Positions 1 to 8,801 of a stretch of 64,000 nucleotides of DNA are shown piece after piece. The position numbers and the translations under genes were made by a program. The stretch lies in assembly GCA_002863125.1 (NCBI GenBank), contig PKEB01000014.1, positions 78,386 to 142,385 of the forward strand, in the 5' to 3' direction. The notes under the pieces were generated by a model. That model was not told the origin of the DNA. It saw nothing but the letters and a program-made list of their open reading frames with translations, and ran no database searches. Origin of the DNA: Flavobacteriales bacterium. GTDB lineage: Bacteria; Bacteroidota; Bacteroidia; Flavobacteriales_D; Sanyastnellaceae. The first letter of the stretch is position 1; each line of letters starts with the position of its first letter.

Positions 1-1272
1 GTTGTTGTCGATGAAATGGCCCTCAATCTCCTCCTGGCCGTTGAAGACAAACCCTTCGTTGTACAGGATCATTTCGGCAATCCCCGATGAATCGCCAATG
101 GCCCAGAACCGGTTGTTGTGAATTTGTGTCTCGCCGAAGAGGAACAATTCCCATGCATCACACGGGTCCTCATCCTCAAAGTCAATGCCCAAACCGTAAT
201 GGGCAAAAAGGCTGTTGTACAGGCGCACTCCAGCTCCGTTGTGCATGCGAATGGCTGTAGCTGTGCCCCTGCCGATGTACGTCTGGTTATGCAACATGGG
301 GTTCGAATACGGCATGAAGGTCATGTCGACGTCGAATTCTTCATAATCGTCGCCTTCGTAATCGCCTCCGTGGTCACCAGCGCCATTGAGTTCATCGGTG
401 ATGGAAAAAATGAACTGCCCGTTGCCTTGCCAACCCTGGTCGTATTCCAATCCGTCTTCCTGGTTGAATGCCAGCCCGAGGTACCGCACATTGACCAGCC
501 CACCAAAGATCTGCACACCGTCATCACCGCTGGCCACCGCTTCGATGTATTCTACGGTGGTTTCAGGGCCCACACCACACAACGTTAACGCGTTGGTCTC
601 CAATCCGTTTTCAAACTGACTGATGCCCATCGACGTGGACGCATGCCGCAGGCTCAGGTAGCGCAATACACCCGAAGACGGATACAGGGTCCCTTCTCCT
701 CCGTACACATGGCGATTTTGACCTGTCGGGTCCACCACTCCTTCGGCTTCATCGTTGCCGTCAAACGTATTCAATGCCCCGTCCCCACACACAATCAACC
801 CGCCCCACATTCCACGTACATCGTAACCTGAACTTCCATCCATGGGATCGCCTTCATACGTGAAAACGATGGGGCAATTGGACGTTCCGTCAGCGACAAT
901 CGTCGCACCTGCGCTGACAACAAGGCTTCCCGCCTCTTGGCTAAAGATGTAATCCTGGCGCGGCGAAGGATTGCCGTTGGGCAACGTATACGTCAAGGTG
1001 TCACTGACAATTCCCGTCCTCCCTTGAATAACAGTCCCCGGCAAAATGGTCAACGCATCCCCGGGGTTGACAAAGACCGTCTCCGTCAACACATAAAGCG
1101 AATCGCACGACCACGTCACCGTTCCCGTGCCTATGCCGTCGGCATCGCCCACTTCGACAATAGGACGGTCGGCCACAGGCGGACAGTCGCACGGCCCCAG
1201 TTGAGCTGACGCCAAGGACGACGAAAGGGCCATTGCTCCCCCTGCCAAAATGTGAACGAGTGCGCGTTTCAT
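1..1272 (-). CDS. hypothetical secreted protein, N-terminal part (gene continues beyond the window start)
   Basis: Absent from the ORF track because it has no stop codon inside the window. My reverse translation from the ATG at 1272..1270 stays open to base 1 (MKRALVHILAGGAMALSSSLASAQLGPCDC ... YNEGFVFNGQEEIEGHFIDNN). The N-terminus looks like a signal peptide. The + strand ORF 118..588 reads like antisense noise. Confidence 0.55.
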   Translation of the reverse strand, partial: MKRALVHILAGGAMALSSSLASAQLGPCDCPPVADRPIVEVGDADGIGTGTVTWSCDSLYVLTETVFVNPGDALTILPGTVIQGRTGIVSDTLTYTLPNGNPSPRQDYIFSQEAGSLVVSAGATIVADGTSNCPIVFTYEGDPMDGSSGYDVRGMWGGLIVCGDGALNTFDGNDEAEGVVDPTGQNRHVYGGEGTLYPSSGVLRYLSLRHASTSMGISQFENGLETNALTLCGVGPETTVEYIEAVASGDDGVQIFGGLVNVRYLGLAFNQEDGLEYDQGWQGNGQFIFSITDELNGAGDHGGDYEGDDYEEFDVDMTFMPYSNPMLHNQTYIGRGTATAIRMHNGAGVRLYNSLFAHYGLGIDFEDEDPCDAWELFLFGETQIHNNRFWAIGDSSGIAEMILYNEGFVFNGQEEIEGHFIDNN

Positions 1273-1353
1273 GCCGTTGGTTAAGCACCTATAATTTACG
1301 CAAATTCCCGCAGATTCTTGATTTTACCTGCTGCTGAACCGTGCAGAACCCCC

Positions 1354-1361
1354 TAATTTTG
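1354..1361 (+). promoter_or_regulatory. candidate Bacteroidota -7 promoter box (TAATTTTG, matches TAnnTTTG)
   Basis: Perfect match to the TAnnTTTG consensus, 4 nt upstream of the ATG at 1366. I found no convincing -33 TTTG at the usual spacing. Confidence 0.3.
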
Positions 1362-1365
1362 CCGT

Positions 1366-1569
1366 ATGGAATGGAAAGTTGTTCTCCTCGCTATTGCGCT
1401 GCTCGCCATCGGCTTTGCAGGGATTGCCATCAAAATCCTCGTCAAAAAAGACGGGCAATTTGCAGGAACCTGTGCCAGCCAGAATCCGCTTCTTAACAAA
1501 GACGGAGAAGCCTGCTCCCTCTGTGGAGCGCGCCCAGAGGAGCAGTGCAAGGCTGAAGAAGCCGCTTAA
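1366..1569 (+). CDS. small single-TM, four-cysteine membrane protein, NqrM-like (candidate Na+-NQR maturation factor)
   Basis: 67 aa. N-terminal hydrophobic helix VVLLAIALLAIGFAGIAIKILV, then C36, C50, C53 and C61 (GTCAS...EACSLCG...EQCK). It lies 8 nt from the apbE stop, next to the nqr operon. Confidence 0.6.
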   Translation: MEWKVVLLAIALLAIGFAGIAIKILVKKDGQFAGTCASQNPLLNKDGEACSLCGARPEEQCKAEEAA

Positions 1570-1577
1570 CTCGTCCT

Positions 1578-2711
1578 TTATCGAATCACCAGGTCATCCC
1601 AGCCTGCTGATTGCCAGGTCTCCCACTCCCCTGTCCCTCCATCACAGATAAAGTACGCCTCTACGCGCTCAAACGGATTCGCCTCGCGGTACGTTTCAAT
1701 GAAGCGCTGTCCCTCCTCAGGCCCCCAGACCATGCACGCCGTGGCGAGCGCGTCTGCGGTACTGGCATTGACCGCGTGCACCGTGGCGCTGAGCAGGCCG
1801 TGCTGCACCGGATAGCCATTGAAAGGGCTGATGGTATGCGAACGCTTGACGCCATCCTCTTCGTAGAACTTCCGGTAATTCCCGCTGGTGCAAATGGCCG
1901 CATCGGTGATGCCAACAATTGCTTGGAGTTCGCGTTGGTCCAATCCGTCTTCAGATTCAATGGGCCGATCAATGGCGATGCGCCACGGATTACCGTCGGA
2001 ACGCTTCCCTCCGCACCGAACCTCTCCTCCGACTTCGACCATAAAATCCGACGCGCCTCGGGATTGCAGCAATTCAGCGAGTAAATCCACCGTCATCCCC
2101 TGGGCAATGCCATTAAAATCAATTCGGGTCTGCGGGTCCCGCTTCCGTACTGTCGTAAATCGGTATTGCTTCGCCTCCGTGACTTCGTTCAAGTCAATGC
2201 GTTCAAATGACAACCCCACGTGCGGCATGAGCGCCTGTACGTCTTCATCTGTGACTTCAGAGCGCTTGGACAGGCCGAAGCCCCACAATTCAACCAACGG
2301 TTGGACCGTCGGGTCAAAAGCCCCCTGAGAAGCCGCATGCAAATCAAGCGTTTGTGCCCAGATGGACGACCACAAGCCGGTGCCATCGACAAATTGAAAC
2401 AGGGAATCCGAACGATCGAAGGCATTGATGGCGTTGATCCGAGAAGCCGGGCGCCAAAGATTGAATTCGACGTCAACGGCTTCGAACACTGAATCGATGG
2501 CTGCCTGAGGGATGGAATCTGCCCCGTGGTATTTGACCATGTAGGTCGTGCCTTGGGTTTCGCCGAGGTGCACTGTATCCGTTACCGCCGGTGAAGGGGT
2601 GCCACACGCAGAGAACAACAAGGCAATTAGCCCTAAAACGCCAACACCCCGCAGCACAGATGCCACAGGGTGTTGGTCCGTTTTGAAATTGGGATTAGCC
2701 TCCAAAATCAT
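1578..2711 (-). CDS. apbE: FAD:protein FMN transferase, ApbE family lipoprotein
   Basis: 377 aa with lipobox LLFSACG and ApbE-like sequence throughout ([22 protein letters not shown]). It overlaps the nqrF stop by 17 nt, at the position apbE normally occupies after nqrF. Confidence 0.9.
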   Translation of the reverse strand: MILEANPNFKTDQHPVASVLRGVGVLGLIALLFSACGTPSPAVTDTVHLGETQGTTYMVKYHGADSIPQAAIDSVFEAVDVEFNLWRPASRINAINAFDRSDSLFQFVDGTGLWSSIWAQTLDLHAASQGAFDPTVQPLVELWGFGLSKRSEVTDEDVQALMPHVGLSFERIDLNEVTEAKQYRFTTVRKRDPQTRIDFNGIAQGMTVDLLAELLQSRGASDFMVEVGGEVRCGGKRSDGNPWRIAIDRPIESEDGLDQRELQAIVGITDAAICTSGNYRKFYEEDGVKRSHTISPFNGYPVQHGLLSATVHAVNASTADALATACMVWGPEEGQRFIETYREANPFERVEAYFICDGGTGEWETWQSAGWDDLVIR

Positions 2712-3990
2712 CGAAGCTTACGTTTTCAGGTGGAACCCCCCAATCGTCGCACATCTTCAGAACCGCTTGGTTCATTAGCGGTGGCCCACAGAAGTAGAAC
2801 TCAATGTCCTCAGGTGCATCGTGGTGCGCCAATTGGTGTTCAATGACCGCATTGTGCACGAAACCGAGGAAACCATCGCCCTCGTCGTTCACGTCCTTCT
2901 TCACCTTCCAATCGTCTTCCTCAGCAGGCTCGGAAAGCACCACGTGGAAATCGAAATTCGGGAACTCCGCTGCAATTTTGTTGAAATCGTCCAAGTAGAA
3001 CAGCTCGCGCTTCGAGCGTCCACCGTACCAGAAGGTGACCTTCCGGTCCGTCTTCAACGTGTGGAACAAGTGGAACAGGTGCGAACGCATGGGAGCCATA
3101 CCCGCTCCGCCGCCGATGTACACCATTTCCGCTTCCGTTTCCTTGATGAAGAATTCACCATACGGTCCTGAGATGGTCACCTTGTCCCCTGGCTTCTGTG
3201 CGAACACGTAGGACGAACAGATTCCGGGATTGACCTGCATCCAAGCATTGCGCGCTCGGTCCCATGGCGGGGTGGCGATTCGGATGTTCAACATCACGAT
3301 GTTGCCCTCTGCCGGGTGATTGGCCATCGAGTAGGCCCGAACAATGGGTTCTTCGTTGGTCATCTTCAAATCCCACAAACCGAACTTATCCCATTCGCTT
3401 TGGAAGGTATTCGGGTCCTTGTGGTGCTCCGGGTGGGCTGCGATGTCGATGTCCTTGTAGTCAACTACGGTTTCAGGTACGTCCACTTGGATGTAACCAC
3501 CGGCCTCGAAGTCCAACGTTTCACCTTCCGGCAAACGAACGACAAACTCCTTGATGAACGAGGCGACGTTGTAGTTCGAAACCACCTCGCACTCCCACTT
3601 CTTGATGCCGAACACTTCTTCGGGGACTTGGATCTCCATGTCCTCTTTGACCTTCACTTGGCAACCCAAGCGCCAGTTGTCAGCGATTTCTTTGCGGGAG
3701 AAATGCGGCTCTTCTGTCGGCAAAATGGAGCCGCCGCCTTCACTTACTTGGCATCGGCACTGGACACAGGTCCCGCCGCCACCGCACGCAGAAGGCAAGA
3801 AGACACCGTTGTTGCCCAACGTCGTGAGCAACGTGCTTCCACCGTCTACCTCGAGGGTTTGTTCCCCGTTGATTACGATGGTCACTTTGCCACTGGGCGA
3901 AAGTTTGGCCTTCGCAAACAGCAGCAATCCGACCAATAGGAGAATGACGGTCAGGAAGAATACAATGGTCAGTACAATGGTCGTTGTCAT
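2695..3990 (-). CDS. nqrF: Na+-translocating NADH:quinone oxidoreductase subunit F
   Basis: N-terminal TM helix, 2Fe-2S ferredoxin motif [12 protein letters not shown], and an FAD/NADH-binding domain ([15 protein letters not shown]). I use the ATG at 3990; the track start at 3999 is a TTG that overlaps the nqrE stop. Confidence 0.95.
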   Translation of the reverse strand: MTTTIVLTIVFFLTVILLLVGLLLFAKAKLSPSGKVTIVINGEQTLEVDGGSTLLTTLGNNGVFLPSACGGGGTCVQCRCQVSEGGGSILPTEEPHFSRKEIADNWRLGCQVKVKEDMEIQVPEEVFGIKKWECEVVSNYNVASFIKEFVVRLPEGETLDFEAGGYIQVDVPETVVDYKDIDIAAHPEHHKDPNTFQSEWDKFGLWDLKMTNEEPIVRAYSMANHPAEGNIVMLNIRIATPPWDRARNAWMQVNPGICSSYVFAQKPGDKVTISGPYGEFFIKETEAEMVYIGGGAGMAPMRSHLFHLFHTLKTDRKVTFWYGGRSKRELFYLDDFNKIAAEFPNFDFHVVLSEPAEEDDWKVKKDVNDEGDGFLGFVHNAVIEHQLAHHDAPEDIEFYFCGPPLMNQAVLKMCDDWGVPPENVSFDDFGG

Positions 3991-3995
3991 CTCTA

Positions 3996-4610
3996 TCAAA
4001 TTTCAATGCCCATGAAGCTCATGAAAGCAATGCCCATGAGTCCTGTGATGATGAACGTAATGCCCAAGCCCTTCAAAGGAGCCGGAACGTGCGAGTAGCG
4101 AATCTTCTCCCGGATGGCTGCAATGGCTACGATTGCCAGCCACCAACCGACACCGGAACCCAATCCGAATACGGTGGCTTCACCGATGCTCGGGTATTGG
4201 CGGTCCTGCATGAAGAGGGCACCTCCGAGGATGGAGCAGTTCACCGCGATCAGTGGCAAGAAAATTCCCAATGCACCGTACAGCGCAGGAGCGAATTTCT
4301 CGACAATCATTTCCACCAATTGCACCATGGAGGCGATGACGGCAATGAACATGATGAAACTCAAGAAGCTCAAATCCACGGACGCGTATTCCGGATCAAT
4401 CCAAGCCAACGCCCCTTCCTTGAGGACATAATTCTCAAGCAGGTAGTTGATGGGGACGGTGATGCCCAAAACGAAGATAACGGCAAGTCCGAGGCCATTC
4501 GCTGTCTTCACGGTCTTGGACACCGCGAGGTACGAACACATGCCCAGGAAGTAGGCAAAAATCATGTTTTCAATGAAGATGCCCTTCACAAATATGCTGA
4601 GGTATTCCAT
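3996..4610 (-). CDS. nqrE: Na+-NQR subunit E
   Basis: 204-aa polytopic membrane protein of NqrE/RnfA type, in canonical operon order. Its ATG overlaps the nqrD stop by 1 nt (TAATG). Confidence 0.93.
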   Translation of the reverse strand: MEYLSIFVKGIFIENMIFAYFLGMCSYLAVSKTVKTANGLGLAVIFVLGITVPINYLLENYVLKEGALAWIDPEYASVDLSFLSFIMFIAVIASMVQLVEMIVEKFAPALYGALGIFLPLIAVNCSILGGALFMQDRQYPSIGEATVFGLGSGVGWWLAIVAIAAIREKIRYSHVPAPLKGLGITFIITGLMGIAFMSFMGIEI

Positions 4611-5302
4611 TAGTTCTCTTCGATTAAGGCCTGGTTACGGCTGCGTTGAATCCAAATGATGATGCCGACGGTGATCAGGGCCATCGGAGGCAGGATCATC
4701 AAGTTGTTGTTCTCGTAAAATCCTCCTTCGCTCATGAACCACTCGGTTGGCAGAAACTTCACTTGTCCCATGCCCGGTAACGAGATGGCGCCGCTTCCAA
4801 AGACTTCACGTACAATGGAAACGGCAAGCAGAATCCAAGCGTAGCCCATGGCATTGCCGATGGCGTCCAAGAAAGACGGTCCTGGCTTGTTGCCCAAGGC
4901 AAAAGCCTCGAGGCGGCCCATGATGATGCAGTTGGTGATGATCAAACCGACGAATACGGAGAGCTTCTCTGAAATGTCCGGTTGGTACGCTTTCAGGACT
5001 TGGTCAACTATGATCACCAAAGAGGCCACGACAACGAGCTGGACAATGATTCGGATGCGGTCCGGAATCATGTTTCGAAGCAAAGAGACGATGACGTTGC
5101 CACCGATCATGACGAACAACACCGACAAGCTCATGATGACCGCCTGCTGCAATTGCACCGTGATGGCCAGTGCTGAGCAGATGCCCAATACTTGCACGGT
5201 GATGGGGTTGGAATCATCCAACGGATCAACCAAGAGCTTCCGGTTCTTCTTTGAAAACAACGACTCTTTCTTGGCCGTTGCGGCTGCAGTATCAGTACTC
5301 AT
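4610..5302 (-). CDS. nqrD: Na+-NQR subunit D
   Basis: 230-aa polytopic membrane protein of NqrD/RnfE type. ATGA overlap with the nqrC stop. Confidence 0.93.
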   Translation of the reverse strand: MSTDTAAATAKKESLFSKKNRKLLVDPLDDSNPITVQVLGICSALAITVQLQQAVIMSLSVLFVMIGGNVIVSLLRNMIPDRIRIIVQLVVVASLVIIVDQVLKAYQPDISEKLSVFVGLIITNCIIMGRLEAFALGNKPGPSFLDAIGNAMGYAWILLAVSIVREVFGSGAISLPGMGQVKFLPTEWFMSEGGFYENNNLMILPPMALITVGIIIWIQRSRNQALIEEN

Positions 5303-6099
5303 CGCTGCGCTCGGGTTTGGGATTCAAAATAACGGAGGTACACCTTCAAGGTGCGGTTGATCATTTCGTCAACGCCCTTCGAAGTGATGGTTCCACCGGT
5401 GATGCCGTCTACGCTGTTCTCGTCGGTGGGTGCTCCCCCCTTCAAGACGCTGAACAAGGCTGAGCCTTCAACATCCAATTTTTTGCCTTTGAACTTGTCC
5501 GTGAAGAAGGACTCCTTGATTTCGGCGCCCAAGCCCGGAGTCTCCGTCTTGTGGTCAAAATTGGCACCGAAGATGGTAGTCATGTCTTCCTCCAAGGCGA
5601 CGTAGCCCCAGATTGGACCCCACAGACCGGAACCCACAACGGGGATGACGTAGAGGTTCTGACCCGCGTCGGTCACGCATCGGAACAACGGAAACTCCAA
5701 GTCCTTGTCGGCCAAGGCCGCTGCTAAGGCCGCCTCATCGCCATCTGCTGCCTTGACAGCAGATTTGATGGAAGCGCGGTAGTCCTTCTTTACGTCGATG
5801 CTGAACGGGTCCGCTTTGTCCTTCGGGTCGACCGCAGTTGAAGTTGCCGATACTTGGCGACCATCCAAATCAATCGCGACGCGCTCCACGACGTACTCGG
5901 CAAACAAGGTGTTCGCGTTGGTTCGGTCAGCGGAAACGCCAATGGCGCCGAGGATGTCCATCATTTTCTTGTCCGCCGCGTTGGCGTCTTGTCGGTCCTT
6001 CAGCGAAAGCGCGGTAAACGCGAGCGCTGTGCCCACCACCACAACCATGGCGATGGAAAAGAGGAAGGTGTAACCGGTGCTGTTTTTATCGATAGCCAT
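5299..6099 (-). CDS. nqrC: Na+-NQR subunit C (covalent-FMN subunit)
   Basis: 266 aa with an N-terminal TM helix and an FMN-attachment-type motif (ITGGTITSKGV). Correct operon position. Confidence 0.92.
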   Translation of the reverse strand: MAIDKNSTGYTFLFSIAMVVVVGTALAFTALSLKDRQDANAADKKMMDILGAIGVSADRTNANTLFAEYVVERVAIDLDGRQVSATSTAVDPKDKADPFSIDVKKDYRASIKSAVKAADGDEAALAAALADKDLEFPLFRCVTDAGQNLYVIPVVGSGLWGPIWGYVALEEDMTTIFGANFDHKTETPGLGAEIKESFFTDKFKGKKLDVEGSALFSVLKGGAPTDENSVDGITGGTITSKGVDEMINRTLKVYLRYFESQTRAQR

Positions 6100-6110
6100 G
6101 ATTACGTGGG

Positions 6111-7361
6111 TTATGCAGTTGCGCCTTGGGCCGCAAGCGCACGCTTTTCGCGCTTGCCTACGTTGGCTTCAATGACGTAGTGGTCGATTAAGGGGGCCAT
6201 CACGTTCATAAACAGAATGGCCATCATGACGCCCTCCGGGTAGGCCGGATTGAAGACGCGGATCATGATGCTCAAAAAGCCTCCGAAGAATCCGTAAATC
6301 CATTTGCCGCGTTCCGTCTGGGCAGCGCTGACGGGGTCCGTCGCCATGAAGACCATGCCGAACATGAACCCACCCATCACCACTTGGTGGATGGCGGGCA
6401 GTGTCATGTAGGCGTTCAAGCCCAGCAGGTTGAACAAGAATCCCATCACGAGGCCACCGGCCAAGAACGACGACATGATTTTCCAGCTTCCGATGCCCGT
6501 CCAAATCAACAGGGCAGCACCGATGAGAATGGCGAGCGCAGAAGTCTCACCAATGGAACCGGGAATCAAGCCCAAGAATGAGTTCGAAAGGCTGAACATG
6601 CCATCGGCTCCGAACATGGACATCACGCCCGTCACAGCAGGCTCGTCCAATCCCTTGCCCACAGTTGAAGCCAAATGGCCCAAGGCTGTCGCACCGGTGT
6701 ATCCGTCCGCGAGCAACCCGGCATCTGCAGAAGCCTTGACGTTGTGGATCCAGATTTCACCAGAGAGTTGTTTCGGATAAGCGAAGAACAAAAACGCTCG
6801 AGCCGTCAACGCGACATTGAGGATGTTCATGCCCGTACCGCCGAACACTTCCTTCGCAATGATGACCGCAAAGGCCACCGCCAATGCCACCATCCACAGC
6901 GGACAATCCACCGGCATGATCAACGGGATGAGCATGCCCGACACCAGGTAGCCCTCGTTGATGCTGTGTCCACGCATCCCAGCGAAGAGGAACTCAATGC
7001 CCAAGCCAACGCCGTAGCTCACGACCACCAAAGGCAAGACCTTCACCGCTCCGATGAAGAGTTTATCCCACAGCGCGGTCATCAAGGGGTCGTTCGGGGT
7101 GATTTCGCCGATGGACAACAAGTACTGGTGCCCTTGGTTCCATGTGCCGAACAACAAGGCGGGAATCAACGCCACGATGACCATGAACATCGTGCGCTTC
7201 AGGTCCACTCCGTCGCGGATGTGCACGCCGTTTTTGGTCGCGTGTCCTGGGGTGAAGGCAAACGTTTCCAGCGAATCGTAGACCACCCAGAACTTGCTCA
7301 GCTTGCCGCCCTCCTCAAAATGTGGGCGAACCGAATCCAATAAGTTGTGTAATGCTTTCAT
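6111..7361 (-). CDS. nqrB: Na+-NQR subunit B
   Basis: 416-aa polytopic membrane protein of NqrB/RnfD type (GYTGATALG, ATDPVSAAQT). Correct operon position. Confidence 0.93.
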   Translation of the reverse strand: MKALHNLLDSVRPHFEEGGKLSKFWVVYDSLETFAFTPGHATKNGVHIRDGVDLKRTMFMVIVALIPALLFGTWNQGHQYLLSIGEITPNDPLMTALWDKLFIGAVKVLPLVVVSYGVGLGIEFLFAGMRGHSINEGYLVSGMLIPLIMPVDCPLWMVALAVAFAVIIAKEVFGGTGMNILNVALTARAFLFFAYPKQLSGEIWIHNVKASADAGLLADGYTGATALGHLASTVGKGLDEPAVTGVMSMFGADGMFSLSNSFLGLIPGSIGETSALAILIGAALLIWTGIGSWKIMSSFLAGGLVMGFLFNLLGLNAYMTLPAIHQVVMGGFMFGMVFMATDPVSAAQTERGKWIYGFFGGFLSIMIRVFNPAYPEGVMMAILFMNVMAPLIDHYVIEANVGKREKRALAAQGATA

Positions 7362-7362
7362 C

Positions 7363-8718
7363 TTATCCCAATTCTTTCTTCAGCATGTCCAATCCGTTGC
7401 GAACAATCGATTGCACCGCGATTTTCGAAGTGCACGCATATTCACAAAGCGCAAAATCTTCCGGGGCCACTTCGTAGATGCCGAGTTTCTCCATGGCATC
7501 GATGTCGTTGGCGATGATGCTCTTAAGCAACTGCACCGGATAAATATCAAACGGGAACACCGGCTCATATTGACCGGTCACCACGAAGGCGCGCTGCTCG
7601 CCGTTGTTGCATGTATCCATCGCAAACTCTTTCGACTTCGGCATCAGCCACGTGGGGTAGCTCTTCGACAAAGAGAACTTGTCAAAGCCCAATCCCAACC
7701 AACCATCGACCAACAAGAATTTCGGCTTGTTGCCCTCTGGCAACAGACACACCTGGTGATGCATTCCACCGAGGAATCCATCGTTGGCGGTGCGGTCACC
7801 CGTAAGCGGGTTGCCCGAAACGATGCGCACTTCTTCTTCATTCACGCTGCCCACCAATGTTGAAATGGCGCAACCCAATGTTGTTTGCAGGTGACGCGGT
7901 GCGTCGCATTCCGATCCGGCAACCGCGACAACGCGCGTGGCGCAGTACGTGCCTGAAGACAGCGTCTCTCCCAAATTCGCTACATCCTCCGCGTGCATGG
8001 TCCACACCACTTCGCCCTTGTTGATGGGGCGTGTGTGGTGGATTTGTACACCGGCATTGCCCGTGGGGTGTGGTCCTTCAAACGTGAAGGTGTCAACGCC
8101 TTCGATTGCGTTAAAGAAGGTTTGACCCGCCTTCGTGCCCAATTGAACATTTGAACCACCGGCAAGCACACGCAGAGCATGGATGCCCGTTTGGAATGCT
8201 GCCTCGCGTCCTGCCAGTGCCACCTCCATGTCCGCTGCGAGCGGTGCGCTATCAAATCCACTGACGTGGATGCTCCGTGGCACATCCGTTGGATTTGCGA
8301 CGGTCGCAAACGGACGCTGTTCGATGAAGGCGAAGAATCCGCGCTCAGCTACGGCCGCCACCAACGCTTCGCGGTCGGTTGTCGCCGGGTCCACAGATGC
8401 GAACGCGTGCTGATCGTTTTTGCCGTCAGCCTCCACCACCACGGCAAGAATGCGGCGCTTTTCGCCGCGAACGACTTGCTTGACGGTTCCGCTCACAGGC
8501 GATACGAACTTGACTTCTGGATGTTCTTTGCTGTGAAACAGCGTCGAGCCGGCTTTCACCGCGGCGCCTTCTTTCACTTCAAGTTTGGGAACAATGCCCT
8601 GATAATTGGGCGGCTGTACAGCGTACAGTGGAGCGGATGATGCTTGTTCAACCTGAGTTGATGGGCGGCCTTTCAGCCGGATATCAGCTCCTTTTTTGAT
8701 TCGTATAGTGCGGGTCAT
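7363..8718 (-). CDS. nqrA: Na+-NQR subunit A
   Basis: About 451-aa soluble subunit, first gene of the operon. ATG at 8718; the track's first M at 8721 is a GTG. Confidence 0.93.
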   Translation of the reverse strand: MTRTIRIKKGADIRLKGRPSTQVEQASSAPLYAVQPPNYQGIVPKLEVKEGAAVKAGSTLFHSKEHPEVKFVSPVSGTVKQVVRGEKRRILAVVVEADGKNDQHAFASVDPATTDREALVAAVAERGFFAFIEQRPFATVANPTDVPRSIHVSGFDSAPLAADMEVALAGREAAFQTGIHALRVLAGGSNVQLGTKAGQTFFNAIEGVDTFTFEGPHPTGNAGVQIHHTRPINKGEVVWTMHAEDVANLGETLSSGTYCATRVVAVAGSECDAPRHLQTTLGCAISTLVGSVNEEEVRIVSGNPLTGDRTANDGFLGGMHHQVCLLPEGNKPKFLLVDGWLGLGFDKFSLSKSYPTWLMPKSKEFAMDTCNNGEQRAFVVTGQYEPVFPFDIYPVQLLKSIIANDIDAMEKLGIYEVAPEDFALCEYACTSKIAVQSIVRNGLDMLKKELG

Positions 8719-8746
8719 CACTGACGAAGGTTTACTTTTCGGGGCG

Positions 8747-8754
8747 CAAAGTTA
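8747..8754 (-). promoter_or_regulatory. candidate -7 box for the nqr operon (TAACTTTG on the minus strand)
   Basis: The plus strand reads CAAAGTTA, so the minus strand reads TAACTTTG, a perfect TAnnTTTG match 26 nt upstream of the nqrA ATG. No -33 box at the usual spacing. Confidence 0.3.
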
Positions 8755-8801
8755 GCTCTCGAGAGCGTTGCGATGGCCATTTCAATCAAAAATCTCAAAG
8801 G

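Noticed and set aside
118-588. 156-aa + strand ORF at the left edge
   Set aside because: The minus strand is open across the whole 1-1272 interval and has a signal peptide and protein-like sequence. The + ORF is antisense to it and looks non-protein-like.
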